DNA of 64,000 bases, taken from contig OX597828.1 in NCBI GenBank assembly GCA_951406725.2, forward strand, positions 28,396,001 through 28,460,000. Direction: 5' to 3'. The DNA is from Octopus vulgaris (Eukaryota). The position numbers and the translations under genes are program-made. Under the pieces are notes generated by a model. That model was not told where the DNA came from. It saw nothing but the letters and a program-made list of their open reading frames with translations, and made no database searches. Below, piece after piece: positions 39,915 through 51,700 of the stretch; position 1 is the first letter of the stretch, and every line of letters begins with the position of its first letter.

Positions 39915-40084
39915 TATCTGTAAATGTAATATGTGACAATTATTCGGTAGCCATGATCAAACTCCCAGTTTTTCCAGTGGCCAGATAACTGAAGAGATAG
40001 CGGCGTGGATTTCCACCTCGGTATCCAAAACTTGGAGTTTTATCATGGCTACAGAATAATTGTCACATATTACATTTACAGATA
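39915..40084 (+). mobile_element. Fold-back element (~58-bp arms) with a central hammerhead motif
   Basis: Arms 39915-39972 and 40027-40084 are reverse complements; HHR GAUAA CUGAAGA GAUAGCG-GCGUGGAUUUCCACCU-CGGUAUC-C AAAA CUUGGAG UU UUAUC at 39984-40044. Confidence 0.7.
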
Positions 40085-40088
40085 TATA

Positions 40089-40332
40089 TTCTTTTTTTGT
40101 GAATTAAAGTTACCTTTGGTTTCATGTTAAGAAGTATCGGAAACTATCCAAGTATCTTAACAATTTTTCAAGCCGATCACATGGAGAAAAGTTTCTGCCT
40201 CCATTTTGGAAAACAATCTTCCAAAAGCGCCTTTCTCCATGTGATCGGCTTGAAAAATTGTTAAGATACTTGGACATTCTCCTATTCTTCTTAACATAAA
40301 ACCAATGGTAGCCTTAATTCACAAATAAAGAA
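40089..40332. repeat. Fold-back element with ~100-bp arms
   Basis: TCCAAGTATCTTAACAATTTTTCAAGCCGATCACATGGAGAAA is perfectly inverted; the outer arms are diverged. Confidence 0.9.
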
Positions 40333-40640
40333 ATTATTTATCCACCGATGTGATGTTGAGCACTCATTCCAATGTTCTACATTTATGTATGTATATGTAT
40401 GTATATGGGTGGCGTCATTCGAAGGCTAAAACAATGCGAACGCATTGTGACCAGCAATGTGTAACTACATCTGATGGTCTGGTCGGAAAAAAAAAAAATA
40501 TATATATATATATATTTATAAGCATACATACATAAATATTAAAGATTATTTTTATGTCAAGTTATTATAAAAACAATATGACATTAAACTGCAGCATTAC
40601 TCAATACTTTTTTGTAGACTTCCTCTTAAGTCTTCTTTTG

Positions 40641-40712
40641 CAAGAAGAAGGTGACAGTGGTTTTAAAAGTTAACAGAATGAAACTTCAAAATCACTGTCA
40701 TTCCTCTTCTTG
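40641..40712. repeat. Short inverted repeat containing an HHR 3' half
   Basis: CAAGAAGAAGGTGACAGTGGTTTTAAAAGTT versus AACTTCAAAATCACTGTCATTCCTCTTCTTG; homologous to 42251-42312. Confidence 0.65.
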
Positions 40713-40721
40713 TGACAGTTA

Positions 40722-40777
<56 letters not shown>

Positions 40778-40879
40778 GGAGTAAACACATAAATGTGAAA
40801 CAAGGTGGACAAAAGAGTACTCAAATACCAGTGGTAGAGTAATATGCTTTATTTAAAGCAGCAGAAAATTCAACAAAAT

Positions 40880-40917
40880 CTGTTACTCTGAGTTTCTCGT
40901 TGCCGTTCATCAGACAG
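40880..40917 (-). ncRNA. Minimal type I hammerhead ribozyme
   Basis: CUGU CUGAUGA A-CG-GCAA-CG-A GAAA CUC-A-GAG UA ACAG. Confidence 0.7.
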
Positions 40918-40933
40918 TTTTTGCTAGCAAAAA

Positions 40934-40970
40934 CTGTCTGATGAACGGCAACAGAAACTCAGAGTAACAG
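40934..40970 (+). ncRNA. Minimal type I hammerhead ribozyme (stem II damaged by a 1-nt deletion)
   Basis: CUGU CUGAUGA ACGGCAACA GAAA CUC-A-GAG UA ACAG. Confidence 0.65.
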
Positions 40971-41871
40971 ATTTTGTTGAATTTTCTGCTGCTTTAAATA
41001 AAGTATATATATATATATAGATGCAGGCATAGCTTTGTGGTAAGAAGTTTGCTGCCCGACCTCATGGTTCTGGGTTCAGTCTCACTGTGTGGCAAGTGTC
41101 TTCTACTGTAGCCCTGGGCCAACCAAAGCTTTGGGAATGAATTTGGTAGACAGAAACTGAAAGAAGCCTCTTGTATATGTGTGTGTGTGTATGTGTAGAA
41201 GACACTTTCCCAAAGTGCCACACATGGGGACTGAACTCAAGACCGTGTGATTGGGAAGCAAACATATGTTGGACCACACATGCCTGTGCCCCTTAGAACA
41301 CGCCCCTCTACATTTTATATTGTGATTGTGGGGCAGCAGCAAACAACTGGGGTTAAGATTTTGTCCAGTAATCAAAAGTTCAAAACCAGTCACAGTCATT
41401 CTTAGTTATTCATTTAACCAAAATTCCTTGTTCTCTTTGATCCAAGCCAATCAAGGTATGCATCAGGGCTATTCAACACTTCAGAGATCATCTCAGAATC
41501 ATGGAGGCCCACTTCATCAACAAACTGAGATCAGCCACTGGCAACAACAAAGAATGATATAAAGCAAACTGGTTACTATAGCAACACCAGTTTGCACATG
41601 TCACCTTCCGCCTCCACTCACCTGAGCTACAAAAGTTTTGGAAGGCAGGGGACCAGTTGATTACATCACCCCTCAGTACTTGCTTCTTTGACTCCTAAAG
41701 GCTGAAAAGTGAAGTTGACTTCAGTGGAATTGGAACTCGGAACATAAAAATGTATAGAATGCTGATAAACATTTTGTTTGGCATGTGAAATGGTTCTGCC
41801 AACTCACCAACTCTTGTTCAGTTATAAAAACAATTTCAAATTAAACTGAAGGATTAAGATAAAGGATAAAG

Positions 41872-42208
41872 ACTTCCGTCGGTCATGAATGACCATGGAA
41901 TTGCACCTAGAAAGTTTCCCTCTGAGGCTCAAGTCTGGACAACGTTGTTTATGGAAGACCAGCAGTTGCCTATTCATACCAGCCTCCCCTCTCCACACCA
42001 CTGACCAATGTTATCCAAGGGAAAGACAAAGGGGTGATACATCTTGGCACCTGTGACATTGCAACTCATTTCTACAGCTGAGTGAACTGGAGCAACATGA
42101 AAATAAAGTGTCTTGCTCAAGAACACAACACACAGTCCAGCCTTGGAACCAAACTTACTACCTCGTGATTGTGAGCCTGATGCTCTAACCACTGAGCCAT
42201 GTGCCTTC
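41872..42208 (-). mobile_element. SINE family S4
   Basis: Minus strand TGGCTCAGTGGTTAGAGC head and GTGTTCTTGAGCAAGACACTT domain. Confidence 0.75.
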
Positions 42209-42825
42209 ACATAAGCACATTTTGTAGAATACATATTTATTGTACTTTCACAAGAAGAAGAGTGGTGACAGTGACTTCGAAGTCAGGGCTTGCTGGCCTT
42301 CATCAGATTCTCTATACACAAAAACAAGGTCGTTATACTTTAAATCATAGTTGCAATATCACCAACAAAAGTGCTTTAAAATCTGAAGAATTGGCTAAAA
42401 ACTCTGATTGCTACAGACTTCTATTCGTCACAGTCTGTTGGCTGATTACTGAAGGTAAATTAATTCTTAAGTTAATCCAATGATGGTGATGAAGATATCT
42501 GCCTCCAAGAAGATATTAATGTAAGGATATGTAGCTTAGATGTAGAGTTTCTGCTAAGGTTATTTCACAATTGATTATAAGAATGGATTAGAACTGGAAG
42601 TTAACCATCATAATTTCTTTATTATTTATCTGTTTTTAATCAAATTCAGAAAGCTGGGCTTAAAGACAGCAATTCTTCTTGTCAGAGAATTAGAGAAATT
42701 CTAGCCAAGTGGACAACAGCTGGTTGGTCATATGTTAGCAAGAAAGAGGGAGATATACACTTACTCCCACCTTGTATCTCCCTTGTAACAATTTTGCAGT
42801 AGTAGTGGTGGTGGTGGTGGTGGTG

Positions 42826-42861
<36 letters not shown>

Positions 42862-43163
42862 ACAACAAGAACAATAATTATAACGTTAGTAATAATGATA
42901 ATAATGATAATAATAATAACTTTATACTTCAATTCGGTCTTGTTAGGAACCAGGAGGTGTTGTGAGGTTTCTGTTGTATAGGTTATTGATTTATATTGAT
43001 TGGTCATTGATTAGAATCAGGAACACATCTAACTTCAGAAAACAAAGTAAATAAATAAATAAATAAAAGTAATTTGCAGTAAAAGAAATGGTCATAAAGC
43101 CTTAAAAAAAGACAACTTTGAGGGAACATATCAATGAATGCAAGAAAGCTCTCGCACACACAT

Positions 43164-43196
<33 letters not shown>

Positions 43197-43809
43197 CACA
43201 TGCACACACACATGCACACATACAAACAAGCACACTTACATGTGCATTCAAATACTCACCCATGCACACAAACATGCACATAAATCTAAATACACACAGA
43301 TATATATATGTATTATGTGTATGTGTGCAGGTATGTATGTATGTATGTGTGAGTATGTAATTGTAGATATATAGACAAGCATATGGTGTGGTTATTGTAC
43401 ATTTTATTTATATTTAGCCCAACAGCATGTGTATTGTCCAAAGTAGTTCTAGGTTTTCTGGGGGGAAAAAAATAAAGAAATCCTAAAAATTTTAAAGTTT
43501 ATTGTACATTTAGCTGTAAGAATGAAAAAAAAATGCTCTACCAAAACTTTATGGCCGTGGTTCATGTTTTCACTTTTTAAACTTATTTGGCTGCACAAGC
43601 AGCAGGTCTTTTTATTTTTTTCCTCATCACCATTACTCCTATCCTATCCCATTTGCATGTTCTTGGGTCACAGGATTCTGTTCAGATTCAAGTTCAAATA
43701 AATTCTTTGCTAAGTTCATAGGCAAACAGAAGACAGCTATGTTCAATACACAAATTCTATAGATATGGATGTGTGTGTGCGTATGTTTGTGTGGTTTTTT
43801 TCTTTGAGT

Positions 43810-44203
43810 TTTAGTTAAGTTCTTCTTAAAAGAATTCAAACTGGTTGCTAACAAAGTGACAAGACTTTTTGCATCAAGAGGGTTCCCGGTGTTTGTAAAT
43901 ATGTGGTTGAGTTAGGGTGTTGGTTGAAAGATGTCTACACCCAAGTATATGCATCTATTCATGTAAAAATTTCAGATGGAGGATTTTTGGAATGCCTTAC
44001 AGATCTTCACTGTGCCACAAATGGATTAGATTTGGAGAATCCATGTCAGTTTCTTTTGCTCTTTCTTCAGAAAACCTAGAATTTCTAGGTTTCTGTGTAA
44101 ATTTGTTGGCACACAACCTGATACAGCTATGATGTTTGGTACAAATGAAAATTTATAGTCAGGGTACTGAAGGTGTAAATTCTGCATTAATTTACCATTA
44201 ATG
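43810..44203 (-). pseudogene. RLE-type non-LTR retrotransposon C-terminal fragment
   Basis: GKLMQNLHLQYPDYKFSFVPNIIAVSGCVPTNLHRNLEILGF...LQI*SICGTVKICKAF resembles the degenerate P.IIG..G.VP post-endonuclease region of RLE LINEs. Confidence 0.55.
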
Positions 44204-44424
44204 TTCTGTGTGTGTCTGTGTGTGTGTTTAGAGAGAGTTAGAGACAGACAAACACACATACATATCACTGTATCATTGTATTGTCCAAACTATTGGATGT
44301 TCTTATTCACCACTGGTCACAACACACTGCTTTACATTGTTTTAGCTTTCAAATGATGCCACCCTATTAGTTAGGTGGACAGGCCAATGCCCGCACTCCA
44401 CCAAAATTGAATCCCAGTCTTTTT

Positions 44425-44598
44425 TACTAAAGGCACAAGGCCCCAAATTTTATGCAACTGGTACTTAATTTATCGACCCTGATAGAATGAAAGGCAGAGT
44501 TGGGCCTCAGCAGAATTTGAACTCAGAATGTAAAGACAGACAAAATACCACTAAGCATTTCGCCTGGCATGCTAACATTTCTGCCAGCTTGCTGCCTT
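44425..44598 (-). mobile_element. SINE family S2
   Basis: Reverse complement of S2; head abuts the TTAA of the adjacent MITE. Confidence 0.75.
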
Positions 44599-44600
44599 AA

Positions 44601-44820
44601 CCTTTTTGTTACCAACCTGGCTGAAACCGGCTCTGGTTCTGAGTACAAATGTCTTATTTTCAAAAGTTTTGAATTAAATTCTTCCACCAAACCTTAGTCA
44701 CAATTTATGTTCCTAGCACTAACTGAATGATAACCAAGTTATTTCACTAAATTCTTTGTTATGTTTAAAGTAATTGAAAGAAACAAAGAGCATCTCAAAA
44801 TAAATACAGTAACAAAAGGG
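44601..44820. mobile_element. piggyBac-like MITE, family B
   Basis: TTAA|CCTTTTTGTTAC...GTAACAAAAGGG|TTTAA. Confidence 0.75.
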
Positions 44821-45249
44821 TTTAATTGAATTCCAATCTGTCTCAGTGTTACCTTAACGAATAAGTAAACAGGAGCAACATGAAGTGTTCCCATCAAGAG
44901 TACAATACATTGTTGGTGTGAGTATTGAAAACACAATCTTAAGATTATGAGTCAGCACCCACCCATTAGACCAACTGCCTTCAGACTCACACACACACAC
45001 ACACACATGCATGTATATATATATATATATATTTTTTTTTTATTTTATCTAGTTTCAGCTCACGAGCTGTGGCCATGCTGGGGCACGTATATATATAGAC
45101 ATGATTATATATACGTGTACATATATATGTTAAATCCAAAAAAAAAAATGAAGAACAAACACAAAAAAAACAACAACGCAAGGACATGGTACATGTAAAG
45201 TATTAGCAGATATTCAGGGAAGGAAAGAAAGAGGGTTTAGCGTTTCAAG

Positions 45250-45465
45250 CAAAGGGTGCTGAAAATTTCCTGGTTTTAAGGGTATCGCAAAAGGCCTGGC
45301 TGGAGGCTCAACCTTCCGAGTTCTTTGACAGGGATTGGAAAAAACTGAAAGATTGCTGCCATAAGTGTGTGAATCTGAGAGGGGAATATGTTGAATAAAC
45401 TCATAAATAACCGATCCTCCTGTATTTCTTTTACCCAAAGACAGGAACTTCTCAGCCCCACCTCG
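45250..45465 (+). mobile_element. Internally deleted mariner element
   Basis: TIRs GGGTGCTGAAAATTTCCTGG / CAGGAACTTCTCAGCCCCACCTCG|TA; retains the mariner C-terminus AWLEAQPSEFFDRDWKKLKDCCHKCVNLRGEYVE*. Confidence 0.8.
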
Positions 45466-45469
45466 TACT

Positions 45470-45680
45470 CTCTCTTTACTCTTTTACTTGTTTCAGTCAT
45501 TTGACTGCGGCCATGCTGGAGCACTGCCTTTAGTTGAGCAAATCAACCCCGAGACTTATTCTTTGTAAGCCCAGTACTTATTCTATCGGTCTCTTTTTGC
45601 TGAACCGCTAAGTGACGGGGACGTAAACACACCAGCATCGGTTGTCAAGCAATGCTAGGGGGACAAACACAGACACACAA

Positions 45681-45729
<49 letters not shown>

Positions 45730-45894
45730 CGACAGGCTTCTTTCAGTTTCCGTCTACCAAATCCACTCACAAGGCATTGGTCGGCCCGGGGCTATAGCAG
45801 GAGACACTTGCCCAAGGTGCCACGCAGTGGGAGTGAACCTGGAACCATGTGGTTGGTTAGCAAGCTACTTACCACACAGCCACTCCTGTGCCTA
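45470..45894 (-). mobile_element. SINE family S1, full length
   Basis: Near-identical reverse complement of 10011-10420. Confidence 0.85.
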
Positions 45895-46462
45895 TAACTT
45901 TAATGTGTGCTTATAACTTTAATAGACAAATCCCTCTATTCATTCTGCCTGCCTTTCTCTTCTTCCTTTTCCCTTTTAATGTCCTCTTTACTTTTTTCTT
46001 TCTCTTCTTCTTTTTCTTTTTCTATCCCCTTTATTTGGATGTCTTCTCCATCTCTCCCAAACCTCTTCCCTCTTGTACCTTGGATGCTGCCTTTTCATTC
46101 TTTTGCTTTCTCTCAATTTCCTTCCTAAAATAATCGTAAAAAAACTTGCCACCCATCCAATTTTGGATATAGTGATGCATGCATAACTTTGTATAATAAA
46201 GGGTTTCTTGAGGACCCATTGTGTTTGAGCATCTATATGCACTTGGAACCTCAAACACCCATGATGGTGAAATGCATGTAGGACCTTCAATATAAGCTTG
46301 TGTTTATCCTTATTTTCCCTGTATATGTATGTATGTGTGTATGTACATATGTATCATGTGACTGACCAGGCTACAGATGTTGTTACACATCGTTGATCAC
46401 AATGCTCTTTTGGACACCTCCCTGTTGGCTAGGAATGCACACCAAGATATATATACATATAT

Positions 46463-46830
46463 ATCATCATCATCATCATCATCATCATCGTTTAATGTCC
46501 ATTTTCCGTGCTAGCACGAGTTGGATGGTTCGACCAGGGTCTGGGAAGCCAGGAGGCTGCACCAGACTCCAGTCTGATCTGGCAGTTTTTCTACAGCTGG
46601 ATGCTCTTCTTAACGCCAACCACTCCGTGAGTGTAGTGGGTGCTTTTTATGTGCCAGGGGAGGCTGGCAGCGGCCACGATCGGTTGGTGCATTTTACATG
46701 CCACTGGCACAGAAGATAGCCAAGGCAGCGCTGGCATCGGCCACGTTCAGATGGTGCTTTTTATGTGCCACCGACACAGGTATCACAACTACAATTTCCA
46801 TTTGATATTTATTTTGATGTTGATGTACTT
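46463..46830 (-). mobile_element. SINE-like family S3
   Basis: (CAT)n end plus internal units. Confidence 0.8.
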
Positions 46831-47738
46831 GACTCTCTCTATATATATATTGTTGATGTCATAAGAATTTATAAACTTTCAAGAGAATGTGGAATAATTT
46901 TTGTCTGAAATCGTATCTGGAAGAATGTAAGTATTGGTGTTGGAAAACCCTTAGGGACAGGAGAAGTTGAAGTCTACTTGTAGGACTCAATCCTACATCT
47001 CCTATAAACATGGTACAATGACATTGTAGGGTAGGTGTAAGATGCCAGATCTGGTTGATTTGAACATGAAACAAGTAGATTATTTGGGCCAGATTTGGAC
47101 AGCTTAATTGCTAAAGAGTTAATTATTTCTCATTAATTAAAATTTCATGACACACAACATCAAAAACACTAGCGATCACTTTACTATTAAGTTTTCATAC
47201 ACCTGGCATCCCTAGGCACTTTTTCTTTTACCCAGTCTTTCTTCAGACAGATTTCGTGGTTAATATTATATTACTTCTCTTTCTTCTTTTTGTTTTCTTT
47301 TCTTTCTTTTTTTTTTCTTTTTGCAGGTGGGTGGGGAATTTAAATATCTATCTTTTGAATAAAATTAAATGTAAATAGCTGTTAAAAGAAGTTAATCACC
47401 TCAGGTACAGTTTGCTAAATATAACCTCCAGCCATTGGCAAATTAATTTCTGGAGGCAACAAAAACAACTAAATAGAGTCTTTACTAGATAAACATAGTA
47501 CTTACGTTTATGTGGTTGTGGAGTGAGAGAAAGGGGGATAGAAAGAGAGAGAAGTGAGAAGGAGAGTGGCAAGAGACCTATCACTACATATATAGTTTTC
47601 TTAATGTATTCATTTATCTTATTCCAGAAGAAATACACACACACAGAGGCACATGTCTGCACACAGATATGCACCCAAATTTCAGAATGTTTACATGTAT
47701 ATGTGTATATATGTATGCGTGTATATATATATATATAT

Positions 47739-47921
47739 AAAGGGAAAGTTTACAAAAATAAACAAAAGACGAAGGCAGGTGGTGTACAAACAAACAAATG
47801 TATTAGTATAGCGCTCAGGAATAGAAAAAGTCTTTTACGTTTTGAGCCTATGCTCTTCGACAGAAAGATACACAGAAAAAAACAAGGAGAGAAGAAAAAT
47901 GTGTGTAGTAGCTAACGATCT

Positions 47922-47926
<5 letters not shown>
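47739..47926 (-). mobile_element. Short HHR-bearing Penelope-like remnant (CUGUYGA-core family)
   Basis: Between (TA)n tracts; minus-strand UCUUU CUGUCGA A GAGC-AUAG-GCUC AAAA CG UA AAAGA at 47831-47868. Confidence 0.65.
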
Positions 47927-47983
<57 letters not shown>

Positions 47984-48015
47984 GCACGTGCCATATATGT
48001 ATATGCGTATATATA

Positions 48016-48271
48016 TGTGGCATGTAATAAGCACCATTCATGCATGAGTCATTGCCAATGCTGCCTGACTGGCTCCCCTGTGCCAGTGGCATGTAAAAAG
48101 CATCCACTACACCCTTGGAAGTGGTTGGCATTAGGAAGGGCATCCAGCTGTAGAAACCTTGCCTGATCAGATTGGAGCCTGGTGCAGCCTCCTGGCTTGT
48201 CAGTCCCCAGTCAAACTGTCCAACCCATGCCGGCATGGAAAACGGACGTTAAACGATGATGATGATGATGA
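48016..48271 (+). mobile_element. SINE-like family S3
   Basis: Ends AACGGACGTTAAACGATGATGATG. Confidence 0.8.
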
Positions 48272-48456
48272 TATATGTATGAAGCAAACATATATAACTA
48301 GAGTGTAAAATCACTGTGATGCTTTCAGCATGTAGAGTGTAAGTGGTTATCTTCTGTGATCATCCTTTGGTTCAACTCTTCTGGCAGTGAAGATTGTAGA
48401 TGTACATGAGATACTTACATCAAACTGTGGAGTAGATTAAATAACAGTTTACTGTA

Positions 48457-48508
<52 letters not shown>

Positions 48509-48974
48509 ATTGACTCTATACACTTGCTTCTCTAGCAAGTAGAAAGATGGTTTTAATTTATTTTGAGATAAAATCATAATCGTTTTGTGTGTTTCTGAAT
48601 ATCTAAGGATGTGTGTCCCCGTGTCCAGGTTTGTCTGTGTGTTTTATTTAATAAAATCCTTTCCATGATTGACATATAATTTATACAGAGATATTTACAG
48701 ATACATATATACACGCCACGCGTACAGCAACATACGTGTGAGCATGCATGTGTGTGTGTACGCACAGATACAGGCATAACACAAACACACACAAATGACA
48801 TACACATACATACACTTATTTCAATTACGGCACTGGCTTGTAACCATGCTGAGTCATCATAAATTTCATGTATACGTGTGTATATATATATGTGTGTATG
48901 TGCACATATATATATATTCATATATATATATACATTGTTATATATATTTATGTGTGTATACACTCTTATATCTT

Positions 48975-49391
48975 TTATCTTTTACCTTTTTACTTGTTTC
49001 AGTCATTAGACTGCGGCCATGCTGGAGCACCTTCTCGAGGAATGTTTAGTCAAATGAAATGACCCTAGGACTTTTTTTTTTAAGCCTGATCCTTATTTTA
49101 TCAGTCTCTTTTGCCAAACCACTAAGTAACAGGGATATAAACACACCAACACCTTTATATAGCAGTGGTGGGGACAAAAAGGCACCAACACACATGCTCA
49201 CACACATACAATGGGTTTCTTTCAGTTTCCAATCTACCAAATCCACTCACAAGGCTTTGGTTGATGCAAGGCTATAGTAGAAGATACTTGCCCAACATGA
49301 TGCCCAAGGTATCATGTTGTGGGACTAATCCCAGAACCATGTGATTGTGAAGTAAGCTTCTTACCACACAGCCATGCCTGTCTATATATTT

Positions 49392-49429
<38 letters not shown>

Positions 49430-49754
49430 GGGAGCTCTCAAGGTAAATACTGCAGTATTCAACATTCTAATAATATATCCATGTTTAGTAGTATATAAAG
49501 ATTGCCATACACACATATACATGTATGTATATATATATATATATATATATTCTTTTATTCTTTTATTTGTTTCAGTCATTTGACTGCGGCCATGCTGGAG
49601 CATGGCCTTTAGTCGAACAAATTGTAAGGCTAGTACTTATTCTATCAGTCTCTTTTGCCAAACCGCTAAGTGCCGGGCATGTAAACACACTAGCATCGGT
49701 TGTAAAACGATGGGGGGGGGGGGGAAACACACATACAAACATATATACACATGC

Positions 49755-49795
<41 letters not shown>

Positions 49796-49952
49796 ACAGG
49801 CTTCTTTCAGTTTCCATCTGCCAAATCCATTCACAAGACTTTGGTCAGCCTGAGGCTATAGTAGAAGACACTTGCCCAAGGTGCCATGCAGTGGGAATGA
49901 ACCCAGAATCATGTGGTTTGTAAGCAAGCTACTTACCACAAAGCCACTCCAT
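48975..49952 (-). mobile_element. Two S1 SINEs (about 48975-49381 and 49550-49952)
   Basis: Both are full-length reverse complements of S1. Confidence 0.8.
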
Positions 49953-50412
49953 GTGTTGATAGATTTGATTAAAGGCAACCTATAAAGGATCGAGGTATAT
50001 CAAAGTGAAGCACACAACAACTTTTGGCTTGACAGAATGACACAAACGAGATAATTAAGTAATCCATTATCATAGCACTGTATGCATCAATGAAAGGTGG
50101 TTTGGTAATCCTCAGCTCCAGTATTATCCAAACGTATCCAAAGATGAATGGAATTTTAAACATGGTGTAAAAACATAGTAAAAACCAGTTGAATGGATCA
50201 TCTTGTATTGCTATATTGTTTCGTTAAGAAGCTTTATTATGACATAAACATATACAGTTAGATATGCAGAATACACAACGTCAGTATGATTGCATAATAC
50301 TTTATGCAGCTCTCAACTCATCAGGCTTACCGAATAAACAAGCAAGCAGTGACATGCTGATGAATCAACTGAACATCAAGTGAAACTTCTAATTAGAAGT
50401 ACCAACATTTAA

Positions 50413-50615
50413 CCCTTTAGTGTTCAGATTATTCTATCAGACATAATGCTTATTGGTTCACATTGATTTGAATTAATCATGCATTATCTCATATCTTCAA
50501 GATCTTAATGTAGAATAACATTGTAGGGTAGGTGTGAGAGCCTGGATCTGGTTAGTTTGAACCTAAAACATATTAAATATTTTGGCCAGATGTGGCCGGT
50601 TCAAATACTAAAGGG
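50413..50615. mobile_element. piggyBac-like MITE, family A
   Basis: TTAA|CCCTTTAGT...ACTAAAGGG|TTAA; other copies at 5738, 34410, about 47020 and 53801. Confidence 0.8.
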
Positions 50616-51201
50616 TTAAGAAATATAAAATGGGTGGGACTAGAATCCGTCGTTCACAAGGGTAGGGTAGCTGAGTGAAGTTATAAATTAAAGAGTAGTT
50701 AAAAGACATTTCTTTTCTAAAGATGTTATCAAACTTAACAATCTCACTCATAAATGTTGGTACTCGCAAAACAGACTTGTATACCAGCAGATAGACGCTG
50801 ATGTTAAAAAAAGAAAAAAAACATTTATTGAGTTATATTGTTTGGTAGATTAAAGAGTGACATGGTTGATAAATTCTTGCATTACTTAATTCCTCTTGAT
50901 TAAAGTGCTTCAATTAATTATTGCAAAGCTAATAGAATATTAGCTTTAATTAAGGGAGATCCAACTAATTACAATTCAGGAAAAATAACTTATGGAAAAT
51001 AGTGAAGATCTTTGCAAAATTTCAGATGAGAGGGAGGGAAAAGAAGGAAAAGAAAATAATATGAGACTCTGTTGAGATTGCCATAATCATAGAATTAGCA
51101 ATCATCAACTATAAATACTTAAATAGAAACAGAATTGGATAAATGAAATGGAGGAAATGGTCAACACATTGATAGGAAGATAGCATTGGCATAAACAAAT
51201 A

Positions 51202-51687
51202 AGCGGAATTCTACTTTAAGCACACCATATAACCCTTCATAACGTTTTTTTTATATTTTGGAATTTTCTGAAAATTTTTACAAATTTGTATTCTACACGC
51301 AAGAAATTACATGACTATGGCAAAAAATTTTTTTAATTTAAAAAATTTTTTTTTTTTTAATTAGTTTAAAATACAGATAGTCCGAATTTTTTTAGCTGAA
51401 GTCCAAACAATAGACTGTTAAATGTATTTATAGGGAGAAAGATATTAGAAAACATCAGTACATCAGACTGACAAACAAATGGCACAGGAATGAGGAAGTC
51501 ATGAGGTATGCTAAAAACAAGAGCTAAATAGCCCTTAAATCACACACAAAATTTTTTTGCTGTTGGTTTTTGCATAGTCATGAGTTCCTGTGTGTAGAAC
51601 ACAAATTTGCAGAAGTTTTCTGAAAATTCCCCACAAATCAAAACCGTTATGAGGTGTTGTATGGCATGCTTGAAGCAGGATTCTGCC
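51202..51687. mobile_element. MITE with ~125-bp TIRs and an 8-9 bp target-site duplication (Merlin- or MULE-like)
   Basis: 51202-51326 is a diverged reverse complement of about 51567-51687; AACAAATA(A) flanks both ends. Confidence 0.7.
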
Positions 51688-51700
51688 AACAAATAAATGT

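Larger units (their letters stand above)
40776..41008. mobile_element. HHR-bearing Penelope-like remnant with an 84-bp-arm palindrome
   Basis: 40842-41008 is palindromic about GCT|AGC (1 indel, 1 mismatch); (TA)n on both sides. Confidence 0.8.

Noticed and set aside
44044-44070. CUGAAGA...GAAA on the minus strand
   Set aside because: No stem II or stem I pairing, and it lies inside a LINE coding remnant.
47277-47340. Strong polypyrimidine tract plus TTGCAG acceptor
   Set aside because: No plausible coding exon follows; cannot be supported without transcript data.
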